Below are positions 13,513 through 25,485 of a stretch of 64,000 nucleotides of DNA, piece after piece; the stretch's first letter is position 1; every line of letters begins with the position of its first letter. The DNA is from Octopus vulgaris (lineage: Eukaryota). Made by a program: the position numbers and the translations under genes. The stretch is taken from the NCBI GenBank assembly GCA_951406725.2, contig OX597835.1, positions 3,038,001-3,102,000 on the forward strand. Direction: 5' to 3'. A model generated the notes under the pieces. The model saw only the letters and a list, made by a program, of their open reading frames with translations, made no database searches and had not been told where the DNA came from.

Positions 13513-14270
13513 CAAATCAAATTTCACCTGCGCCTCAGCAAATGTAATCTAAGTCATGACATGCATAGGATATGATAAACTCTATATTGGACAAACAGGA
13601 ATTTCGCTCCGTCAAAGAATCACCATTCACATAGAGCAAATCCGTCACCCACAATACAGACAATTGAAGAGGGTGAACACATAGAAAGATGTGCCTGGAA
13701 TCTTAATCCCAATTTCCAAATATTTTCCTTTTACCAATGTTCACAGAACACCACAATGCAACAAAGGTTGAATACAGAGGCATTTTTCATCAATAAATTT
13801 CTCCCCCAACTAAATATGAACACACAACACAATACAGAACATCACTAACTCTTCAATTGAAACCACTAAACCCTATACACTTCCTACACCACTCACATCT
13901 CTAAATCCAGAACTACTTATCTCCCTTACAAATAAACCAGAACTACTTACCTCCCTTACAAATAATTTTTTTTGCTCAGGAAGTATAAGACCTGACACCG
14001 TGTATTAACCGGTGTTGTTCAAACGATGGATACCTTTGCGTAAACCATTGGTCCGTTTTGTTTTCTTACTTTATTATCATCTTATAATCATCTCATAATA
14101 ATGACCTTTATGACTCTTATTACTACCTCAGTCAATCTAAATATATATATATTTGTCGTTACCTGTCATAAATAGCCTTTTTCTATTTGCAATATGCATT
14201 TTCGTTGATTTTTCATATTTTACCCTTACATTTACACGTATATTTTATATTTTCTTTACGTAACATATTT
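13510..14270 (+). mobile_element. Penelope-like element 3' end: degenerate GIY-YIG plus 3' UTR running into (TA)n
   Basis: IKSNFTCASANVI*VMTCIGYDKLYIGQTGISLRQRITIHIEQIRHPQYR..EHIERC..QRLNTEAFFINKFLPQLN, homologous to 1-350. Confidence 0.85.
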
Positions 14271-14293
14271 CTACAATATATACATATATATAA

Positions 14294-14361
<68 letters not shown>

Positions 14362-14517
14362 TATATACATATATATATATGCGTGTGTGTGTATACACAC
14401 AAATACATGTGTATAGGTGTATCTATCTATCTATATATATGTGTGTGTCTGTGTATACACACAAATACATGTGTATAGGTGTATCTATATCTATATATAT
14501 ATGTGTGTGTGTGTGTT

Positions 14518-14907
<390 letters not shown>

Positions 14908-15283
14908 TATGTGTGTGTGTATGTATGCACATATATATACATAGACAAATGCATATACATACATGCATACATATGCATGCGTAGAGTGTGGCTGGTGTGC
15001 ATATATATTTAGTAAGCAATATCTTCCGTAGTGGCTAGGATAGTGTAGGCAGCCAGTGTTCGCTTATGTTGATGCTCAGATCTTGCTTAGCTCTGGCTGC
15101 GAAGATTTATGACCAATAGCATTCCTTGCATGACCATCCCTTTTATTAATTAAACATAGTGCACTAATGACTGCATTATCCAAATCGTTCTTTATCTAAA
15201 ACGGTGGTGAGAGTCTGTAAGATATCGGGGTTGCGATTTTCGGCTGCTACATCGACCTCACTGAGCCTCTCGTCGGCTTCTTG

Positions 15284-15415
15284 TGACGTAATATGGATGT
15301 GGAAATTGCGTTACGTCATAATCACGCTGAGAACTATTCCAAGATGAATATGACGTCAGTGTATTAGCGCAATGCATATCAGGGAAACCTCGATAAAACG
15401 CAAGCATATTTGCAT
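15284..15415. promoter_or_regulatory. candidate enhancer: CRE/bZIP cluster plus octamer
   Basis: TGACGTAA 15284, TTACGTCA 15311, TGACGTCA 15351 and ATTTGCAT 15408, in non-repetitive-looking sequence. Confidence 0.35.
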
Positions 15416-15978
15416 ATGATATGCGTGGGAGGAGAGAACATCAACATCGCATAAATACATTTAAATAAGATATTAGAAAGATAGGGAGAGAGAGAGAGAG
15501 AGAGAGAACGAGAGAGAGAGAGAGATGTCAATATAATATATATGTAGCATTTTGAACAGAGTGTGCAAAGTAGGCGGTGCCAATAGAATGAGACAATTGT
15601 TATGCTTCTGGAAAGACAGAAGAGAAAAAGGCGTGGCGTATGTAAATGAAGTGGAAAGTGATGTCATTGTGACAGTGTCAACGTGAATGATATGAAGTGT
15701 TGAGAATATATTAATGTATGAGATACCAGTAGGGGTGGAAGCACACACAACTGGAATATTATTAATATCTATATATGGTAGTTCATGGTACTGTGACGTA
15801 TTACCTACTTTGGTGGTGAGATAGATGTCTTGTGGTGTATATGTGTGTGTGTCTGTAGGTGAATGACTAGAGAAAGTACAGTGAAACGTAACCATAACAC
15901 AGAATGATACACACACACACGATTACATACGCACACACATGTACATATATATGTACATAAATAGATAGGTAGGTAGGT

Positions 15979-16037
<59 letters not shown>

Positions 16038-16354
16038 CATATTTATGTGTATTTATGTATAGGTCTAGCTATATGTGGATATTTGTTTTATGTACGCGTG
16101 TACACATGTACATGCATACCTGCGTCGGTGAGGACGCATACCGCAGTGGTTAGGGTGGTTGCACTCCGATTGGCAGAGCGTAATTTCCATTCTCGGAGCG
16201 CCCAGTACGTTGTATTCTTAAGAAAAACGCTTTATTTTACATTGTCTTGCGATCACTTCGACATCTGAGATGTGGCACGACGTACATCAATACAGGTGAT
16301 ATACAGGTGTAGAGAACTAATATACAACACAAACATTTCATGACTCTACCGGCT

Positions 16355-16474
16355 GTATGGTTCCGGATCCAGTCCCACTGTGTGGCATCTTGGCCAAGTG
16401 TCTTCTGCTATAGCCTCGGGCTGACCAACGCTTTGTGAGTGGATTTGGTTGACGGAAACTGATAGAAGCACGAC

Positions 16475-16475
<1 letters not shown>
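16355..16475 (+). mobile_element. SINE family A 5' fragment
   Basis: tggttccggatccagtcccactgtgtggcatcttggccaagtgtcttctgctatagcc..ggaaactga. Confidence 0.75.
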
Positions 16476-16512
<37 letters not shown>

Positions 16513-16513
<1 letters not shown>

Positions 16514-17549
16514 AGTTGCCAGATCTTTCGTCTACGAAGTTTGTAAGGAGCTAGAGACTGAACATGGAAACGTATCGCCAGTATCAAAGCATAAAAAGCA
16601 TTCTAAACGCTCTGAAATCAAATCATCAGAACACCGGAATTTATCCAACAAATTCAACAGACCATTGATTACAATCCCGAAAAGTCCATGAGGTCAATTG
16701 CTAAAGATTTCCATGTATCAGAAAGAACAGTCAGAAATGTTGTCCACGAAGATATCAGATACAAGTCTTATATGTTGAGGAAAGTTCAATTTGTCAGAAA
16801 AGGCAAAAGAAAATCACAGCATCAGATCTAAAAGGCTCTTAAACAAATTGAAAAATCCAGCTGAAGAAGATCTGGTTTGGTTTTTCTCAGAAAAACTTCG
16901 ACCACAATCAAAAGTTAACCAGAGAAACGACAGATGGTTATATGCAGACCCTTCTTAAGTTATGCATACAAAATTTCCTGGAACTGTCATGGTTTTGGGG
17001 GTTGTCAGCAATGAAGGACATGTGATATACCTCCTTACTTCTTTCCACAAAGCCCTTAGAGTTAACTCTGCCGCCTACATTGAGGTCCTGGAAATAATTG
17101 TTAAGCCCTAGATAGATAGTATATGCAATGGAAGGCCAAATGTGTATCAGTAAGACTCTATTCTATCACACACGGTTCTAGTAACACAGGAATGAATGGC
17201 TGAATGATCACATGACCCCTAACATTTGGCCTCCTAATTCTCCAGATCTCAATCCAGTGGACTATTACATGTGGAGCTTTGTTAAGAGAGAGGTCAATGA
17301 ACATGCCTACAATACCAAAAGTTCTTTGAAAGCAGCCATAATCAGAATAATGTTCAAAATGAACCCGAACAACTTGATTCGAGCATATAGAAGCAGCCGT
17401 TGAAGCTTAAGGTGGCTTGATTGAATAACATTCTAGAAAAGAAGGTTTATTTTTATCTTCAGAGCATTTTTTGATAGTTATTATCTGTTATTATAGATTT
17501 GTTTTTTTTTATAAACATAAATCTGTCCTCAAATATCTTACGCACTCTG
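16513..17549 (+). mobile_element. maT/DD37D-type (Tc1/mariner) transposase pseudogene with right TIR
   Basis: KSMRSIAKDFHVSERTVRNVVHEDIRYKSY..WFFS..NQRNDRW..TKFPGTVMVLGVVSNEG..WPPNSPDLNPVDYYMW, with many stops and frameshifts; ends cttacgcactctg|TA. Confidence 0.9.
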
Positions 17550-17579
17550 TATATATTGTGTGCGCGCGCGCGTGTATAA

Positions 17580-17812
17580 AGGCTCATGGGCCAGTGGTAA
17601 GGCTGTTGCACTAACGATCTCTAGATCGTGGATTCGATTCCCTGTTTGGTGGGCGTGTTGTGTTCTTGAGCAAAACAACTCATCTCACGTTGCTCCAGTT
17701 CCCCTTTCGATCAGTGGGTAATATTGGCCTGCTAGCCTAGCGAGCTGGGTGGCGTTATTTGAAGACTAAAACCAATACAAAACGCATTGTGACCAGCGAT
17801 GTGTAACAACAT
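17580..17812 (+). mobile_element. SINE family C head with alternative tail (tail also at 57008-57115)
   Basis: gattcgattccc, ttcttgagcaaaac..cacgttgctccag, then cgcattgtgaccagcgatgtgtaacaacat. Confidence 0.7.
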
Positions 17813-18332
17813 TATATACTCTCTTTCCCTCAGTTCTATCTCCCTCCCCCCTCTCTCTCTTCCTCTCTGTCTCTGAAGACCAGAATAAATTGGAGACTCG
17901 TTTATTCGGTTTCAAAATACTTTTATTATTACATCATAAATTACATAATATTTGCACGTATTTCACGTATACTTCAAGGTAGTTATTAGAAAGTCTGTTG
18001 CATAATCACCCTATTACGCTCGACCATCAGAAGAAAATGATGATTTATTCCGTCGTTGGTTACCGACCTCCGTTGTTCGGCTGATACAGGCTCAGAACGG
18101 CGAGTACACTCATTAGAATACTTTATGTATAGCCGCAATAGAAGACAATTTTACTCTTTTTTTCCCGCTGAAATGAAAAAAAAATAAATAAATAAAGACG
18201 AAGAGAGAAGTTGGTTCAGAGTGCAGCCAGGGTGTCTGCTAGAAGAGACTAAATTCGGCGAATCAAAAGAAGTCTTTAAGTTATTAGTGATAAATGATTA
18301 AGACATTCGTAGCAGAAAAAATTCTTGTTACA

Positions 18333-18375
<43 letters not shown>

Positions 18376-18466
18376 CTAATTCTGTCGTTAAAGGACTTTT
18401 CGTCAATTTATGTATCTGGAGTGAGTGTGTATTCTAGGTCATCAATAAGTTTGGTTGGCAAAACAA

Positions 18467-18526
<60 letters not shown>

Positions 18527-18538
18527 GTATGCACACGA

Positions 18539-18581
<43 letters not shown>

Positions 18582-19156
18582 CACATACACAAGCTTTTAC
18601 ACACACATGTATGTATTACTAATATTTTATAGTATAAACAAATTGTACACTTTCTCTTGCATCATTCGACTTTCTTCAGCGTCGGTTTTATTTCTAATTT
18701 TCTTATTTTTTTCATTTCTAGTTTTTTACTTGTATTTTCAAATTATTATTTTTTTCTTATGTTTTATTACTTTGATGTATTCTACAAGTTGATTTCTTCT
18801 ATCATTTATTTCGCTCACCACCTATTCCTGTCATTCACTCATTCTAATTTAATTCTTCATAAGATTTTTCTTTCTTTCTTTTTCTCTTTTGGTATATCCA
18901 TTAGGAATGTCAACGTTTCTTTTTTGTTTTTTTAAAATTCTTTTGCAAATTCTTTCAATCAATCGGTTATCGAAAGTGAAGTTCTCACACTTACATCTGG
19001 TTCGGGAACGTGACGAAAGTACTTCTAAATTATGGAGGTCAATCTACGAAATAAAAATACGTGTACCTACCTTCCTATATACATATTTACATACAAACAT
19101 GCATACAAACACATATATATATATATTACGTATATACATACACACATGCATATATA

Positions 19157-19395
19157 TATACTTTGTTGATAAAACTGCAAAGGCATCACAGAAACTGTTA
19201 CTCAGAGTTCCACGTAGCCGTTCGTCGGACAGTTTTGGTTGAGAATGGAGCAAAAATAAGGTATGTATTAATAAAGGTTATGCATATAACCTTATTTTTA
19301 TTCCATTTTCAACCAAAATTGTCCGGCGAACGGGAACGTGAAGCCTTGAGCAGCAGTTTTTGTGATGTCTTTGCAGCTTTAGTAATAAAGAATAT
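19157..19395. repeat. fold-back inverted repeat of the 8751-family hammerhead unit
   Basis: Arms about 19157-19265 and 19290-19395, each containing the ctgtccgacgaacg..cgtg(g/a)a motif. Confidence 0.8.
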
Positions 19396-19474
19396 TACTC
19401 TACCGCCGGTATTCGAGTACTATTTTATTTTTAGCTTGTTTCATATTTATATGCTTACTCTGGCATATATATAT

Positions 19475-19623
19475 AATCAAAATAAGCAACAAGGATATCC
19501 AGAAGTAATTCAGCACGTTCGTTTCATTAAATTGATGTAATGATTGCATTGTTCAATTAAATGGAGTTGCATGAAACGATCGTACTGCATTACCTCTGGA
19601 TATCCTTGTTACTTATTTTGATT
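19475..19623. repeat. inverted repeat, about 53-bp arms
   Basis: aatcaaaataagcaacaaggatatccaga..gtttcat / atgaaac..tctggatatccttgttacttattttgatt. Confidence 0.85.
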
Positions 19624-19703
19624 TTAATCACCCTACTTTGAAATTGTATGGGTAATACCGTAATAAATTCTGGTGCTTCAACTTAAGTACCAAATTCATC
19701 TGA

Positions 19704-19822
<119 letters not shown>

Positions 19823-20501
19823 TACATACATGCACATATGCATATATACATACTCAAACACGCATTCCAATATGTGTTGTGATTGAGCGCATGCGCGCGC
19901 GCGTGTGTGTGTGTGTGTGTCTGTGTGTGTGTGCGTGTGGGGGGAGAGAGAGATACTCTTGGCACACTTTAATGCATTCAATAAAAAAAGCCAAGGCGTT
20001 GCTCAGAAAACAAGAATTCAATAATAAAATCAATAAATTAAATTAGAGCAATGACAGCGCCTCTGAGAAAGCCAAATGGAGGTTGAAGAATCTCAAATAT
20101 ATTGGCTTGACAGAAGAATTCATTCGCTTCAATCCAATGTTATTTGATCTAATACGTAAACTATTTTTTATCGTAGTGTTTTGTGGTATTTTTGTAGTTC
20201 TATTGTTACTCTACAACCTTTGTTTATTGTTTTTGAAATTGGAGTTCAAAACTTCGTATTGAACTTTCGCTCTTATAGGATAGCAGAGTATGTACATCTC
20301 AGTGTGCTTGGCTTCCAACAATTAACAAGTGTAATTAACAAGTTGAATGGTTAGCAGTAAGAAAGATGTACAAGTTTCTTGAAAATTCATTGTGCAAAAT
20401 ATTCTGAGAAAAAGTATCTTTTTTTTGCCACATCAAAACACACATTTACACACACACACAAGGTCTGTTTTATCATATAATATATATACGTACATACAAA
20501 T

Positions 20502-20560
<59 letters not shown>

Positions 20561-20661
20561 TAACAATAAAGGGTGAAATTAATTAATTTGGAATAATTAA
20601 TAATTACACCAAGTAGATTTCGGCATGTAAAAGCCTCATTCGAGGAAAATTTAAGTAATAC

Positions 20662-20910
20662 TAAGCAATTAAGGGTTTAGCAACGAATTGCCTCACCACA
20701 CACCGAATTTAGAAATAGCAGTCAAAGAGTTATAGCTATTCTTTCTACTAAAAGGGAGATCTCAGTAAAAACACAGCAACTTGAAAGGCCTTTCAAGTGC
20801 TGTGTTTTTACTGAGATCTCCCTTTTAGTAGAAAGAATAGCTATAACTCTTTGACTGCTATTTCTAGATTCGGTGTGTGGTGAGGCAATTCGTTGCTAAA
20901 CCCTTAATTG

Positions 20911-20914
<4 letters not shown>
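20662..20914. repeat. near-perfect 253-bp palindrome with no spacer
   Basis: Centre gaaagg|cctttc at 20788/20789; the arms are complementary except for one bulge and a few mismatches. Confidence 0.95.
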
Positions 20915-20966
<52 letters not shown>

Positions 20967-20979
20967 TATATATATATAT

Positions 20980-21044
<65 letters not shown>

Positions 21045-21069
21045 CATATACACATATATATATATAGCA

Positions 21070-21283
21070 GATGTAGGGGTTTTTAAATGAAAGCTGGACC
21101 TCTTCTTGTCGAGAGTCCCAGATGAACCTACCTCACGGCAAGAGGTGCAAATGAGGGTAGCTATATCAAACTCCATTCTTCACCAAGTGCCACATATTAG
21201 AGGAGGCTCTTAGTAATAACAGTGTAGCAAAACGGCGGTGCATCAGCATGGCCACAGCTCTGAGCTGAAACTAGAGAGAAAAA
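21070..21283 (+). mobile_element. CR1/L2-group LINE 3' end
   Basis: [32 protein letters not shown], then a 3' tail with stem-loop cagc-tctga-gctg. Confidence 0.75.
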
Positions 21284-21288
21284 GGCTG

Positions 21289-21367
<79 letters not shown>

Positions 21368-21779
21368 TTTCCCCAAAATAAATGGCTGTCTATTTTCTAA
21401 AAATGGTTTCACTATAAACGTGAAGTAAGATAGGACAGTACCAGAAAATAATATTACATTGTATGGGCCGATAATAACGTATATAATACTATACCATTAA
21501 GCTGCAATCAAGCAAAACATTCTGCTCTGACTACCTCCATTATTATGCACAATAGAAATACGGTATATCCGGAAAAATCTGCTTACTGTTGCTGCTGCTC
21601 TTGTTGTTGTTGCTGTTGTTGCTGCTGCTGCAGGTGATTATAGAAACATGTTGCTGTAGTTGCTATTGTTGTTACTGCTATTATTTGTGACATTTAGAGT
21701 CACACTATGTGTTGTGGGAAGTCTGTAGAGATTATGCGTTTTTAAAAATATGGCTGGTATAAATTGTAGTATTAATGCT

Positions 21780-21786
21780 ACTGCCG

Positions 21787-21878
<92 letters not shown>

Positions 21879-21892
21879 ACTGCTACAACTAC
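21780..21892. repeat. compound (CTA)n(CTG)n microsatellite
   Basis: Direct inspection. Confidence 0.95.
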
Positions 21893-21921
21893 TCTCATTG
21901 TTACTGTTAGTATTAAGATGA

Positions 21922-22095
21922 CTGGCTGGCAGAATCTTTAGCACACCGGGCTAACTGCTTAGCAGAATTTCGTCTACATTCCCGTTCTAAGTTCAAATTC
22001 CACAAAGGTCGACTTTGCCTTTCATCGGTTCGGATTCGATAAGAATAAGTACCAGTTGCGCACTGGGGTCGATGTGATCGACTTACCCCCGCCCC
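21922..22095 (+). mobile_element. SINE family B
   Basis: ctggcagaatctttagcac..gttcaaattcc..gtcgactttgcctttcatc..aagtaccagttgcgcactggggtcgatg. Confidence 0.8.
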
Positions 22096-22179
22096 TACTT
22101 ATCTTACTGGTCTTGTTCTAAGTGAATGTCTGATCAACTAGACAACGTAACAACTACAGTCTCCCTCAAACCGTAACCT

Positions 22180-22415
22180 AGCGGACTTTATCTTGAGTTA
22201 ATTCCGTGCCATACATTGTCAGTTCTGTCATGTTGCGGTCTGAGAATATTGTCGGTGATATATTTACGTTGTAGACAAAAATCATCTTTGTAAAACAGAG
22301 GTCCAGGATATTTTTGTGCTTGGTTGGAGAGAGTATGATCTGCTCCATGAATAGCATTTTCGTAAGATCAAGTAGAGATTCTGCTTGATTTCGCTCTTTG
22401 TGCGTCATTCCTGGT
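22180..22415 (-). mobile_element. CR1/L2-group LINE AP-endonuclease fragment (copy 1)
   Basis: FMEQIILSPTKHKNILDLCFT..NISPTIFSDRNM, the APE PT..NILDL..SDH motif. Confidence 0.8.
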
Positions 22416-23514
22416 GCTTAGGCGAAGTCGACCTCGGCGGAATTTGAACTCAAAATGTAAATACGGACGAAATGCCGCTAAGCAGTTTTCCCGGAGTGCT
22501 AGAGTCTGCCAACTCGCCGTCTTCCACAAAAACAATTTTAACAAAAACTTGTAGTAGAGCATGACTTCAGAGAGTTCTTGCTATTATTTCTAGTATAAGA
22601 AGTGGCTACGTAGAAGCTGGGCTCTTCGTTAGTTCGTCTGCGGAGGTTTTGCGATATTATGAAGAAATTTTAGAGATATCTTCACGCGCTTATTAAAGAG
22701 AAAGATGTTTACAAAATGCCTTCAAAGAAAATTTGAGAAAAGATACATTTATCACTAAATTTATATCCTGTCAAACTTGTTAATTATTTTCGACAAAAAT
22801 AAAAAGTAAATTGTTTGTGAAATAAACTTTCAATATGCAATGTTGAAATAATTGTCTAGCAAAAAGAGAAAAAGTAGCTCACAATCTATGTTTCTGAATA
22901 TGCCGGCATTCATTATATTTAATCGTCTGTATACGCGCGTATTTACAAGCACGACTATCATATACACTTAGGTATACACACCCACATTTGTCACATGTGC
23001 ACTTATATGCATATATGTATATATGTGTGTGTGTGAGGACGCGCACACATGTGTGTGGGTTCATATATATATATGTTCGCGTTTGCATGTATGTATCTCT
23101 GTGTCGGTGAGTTCCTCTGTGTATGATACCGTTTGAATATACATAATATATAAATACCGAAGTGGAAGAGTGTGGGTTGAGAAATAAGAAGATATGTAGA
23201 CGATCTCGTTTACTTTCACTTGAGAAACTACTTTCAGTAGGAAAAGCCGATTGAGAGATCTGCAACAATACATTGAATAACTCTAGGTTCAGCATACGTA
23301 CATTCTATTAAGTTAATATTGAGTATTTTCCTTTATATATAAACGAATAAATAGGCAAATGCAATTTCCTTCAGTTTCCGGGTATCTAGTCCTTGCTCTA
23401 GAAGCTACAGCAGAAGGCACTTGCGCAAGGTGACACAGAGTGCAATTGAGCAAGTGGGCATATGAGTTGGCAAGTTTTAGTATATCCCAGAAGCCTAATG
23501 CATATGGCTCGCAT

Positions 23515-23722
23515 GATGTTGGATAGGGTTTGAGCGCCATCTGTGCGGAGTTTATCTTTAGTTACTTCCGGGCCATACATTGTCAGTTCTATCATGTTGT
23601 GGTCTGAGAAAATTGTCGGTGATATATTTACGTTGTGGATAACTTCCACATTGTTTGTAAAACAGAGGTCCGGGATATTTTTGTGCCTGGTCGGAGAGAG
23701 GATGATCTGCTCCATGAATAAA
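23515..23722 (-). mobile_element. CR1/L2-group LINE AP-endonuclease fragment (copy 2)
   Basis: LFMEQIILSPTRHKNIPDLCFTNNVEVIHNVNISPTIFSDHNMIEL. Confidence 0.85.
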
Positions 23723-24176
23723 TTGATAGATAAATATAAACATAGGCAAAGCAATTTTAATAATTTGAGTGGGATGTTTTTCACACTTGTGTATCACATA
23801 TGATGCACAAGACATATTTCTCTGGCGTCTATGCATCGTATATGATACACATATCCAATTGTTTTAAACCACCAGAGTGACTTGGGACTAGGGAAAGAAA
23901 AAAAGAACTTTATATTACTTGGAACGTATGAAACAAGGATTAACTAAAAGACTTGAGAACAATCATGGACGCTTAGAGAAAGCTTATGAAAACGATTCGG
24001 AGAGGCAAAAGGTTAATCATACTGAATCGACAATGACTAAACAAATATTCGGTGTTGTGTTATCTTTCAGGCATTCGTCGTGCTACGATTTTATCTGATG
24101 CTGACAATAATGACTGCCATTGCATATCAGTGTAGTCAAGTGTGTTCTTCATAACTTATGCTCAGCGAAGTATATT

Positions 24177-24240
<64 letters not shown>

Positions 24241-24321
24241 CATTTATATTTTTATATATGTATATATATATATATATATAGGCATCTGTATATATCTGTA
24301 TATAATTGTGTGTGTGTATAC

Positions 24322-24361
<40 letters not shown>

Positions 24362-25181
24362 CTGTATACATATGCATCTTTATATATCTGTATATTAAGT
24401 GTGTGTGTGTGTGTGTATGTGTGTGTGTGTGTGTGTGTGTATGTGTGTGTGTGTGTGTGTGTATACGTGAGCATTTCTCTATGTGAGCATTTAATCTGTC
24501 TGTGTGCATCAGAGCCTGTGTGTCGTATGCCTGTGGACTTAATGCTATGTTTGTGCGTATGGCTCCCCATGTGTGCCTGTGTCTTCGCTAATGTTTCTCT
24601 GCAGATGTGTGTGTATGTAGATGCCGCCTTCACTATATCTTCATTTACGTGTTTATATGTGTGCGTATATGCGTCATCGTGTCTATATATATATATATTT
24701 ACTACTCTGTCTATGTAAGTCCATGTGTGTATGCTTCTGTATGCATATATGTATGTATGTTGTGTGCATATGTGTATATATGCGTATGTGTATGTGTGTG
24801 AATGTTCGTGGAAAAATTCCGTACAAAAGTTACTTTATTCAATTACAACAAATCTTTCTTTTGTTTTTGGTTATTTGCGTAAATACCGAGAAAATCATTT
24901 TACAAAGTTTAAAAAGAAATCTTCATAAATTCCACTGTTGACAACTAAAGTAGGTTTTAAAACCTCGACGATCTCTCATTAAATTCTGGGATTAATGACA
25001 AAATTAAAATCAATGAAAAAAAAAACTTATAGTAAATAACAAATAGCAAACAAAACTTTTTCCATTGATTTTTCTTCTTCTCTTTAGTGATCTCACAATC
25101 TCCCTAATCATCTTCCTTCAAAAAACTTGATCAATTTGTCTTTTCTAACATCAGATATTTAAAACAAGTTTTGCTAGGATA

Positions 25182-25241
25182 TTATTATTATCATTATCAT
25201 TATAATTATTATTATTATCATTATAATTATTATTATTATTA

Positions 25242-25314
<73 letters not shown>

Positions 25315-25323
25315 CATTATTAT
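25182..25323. repeat. (TTA)n microsatellite
   Basis: Direct inspection. Confidence 0.95.
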
Positions 25324-25386
25324 ATTCGCTTAGAGATCAGGCGATTACACGTTCTAAATTTATGTGTGCGTGTATCTGTATGTATG

Positions 25387-25485
<99 letters not shown>

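Noticed and set aside
15473-15916. 147-aa minus-strand ORF with Thr/Ile-rich sequence
   Set aside because: No recognisable domain; it starts and ends in microsatellites, and I see no supporting splice structure.
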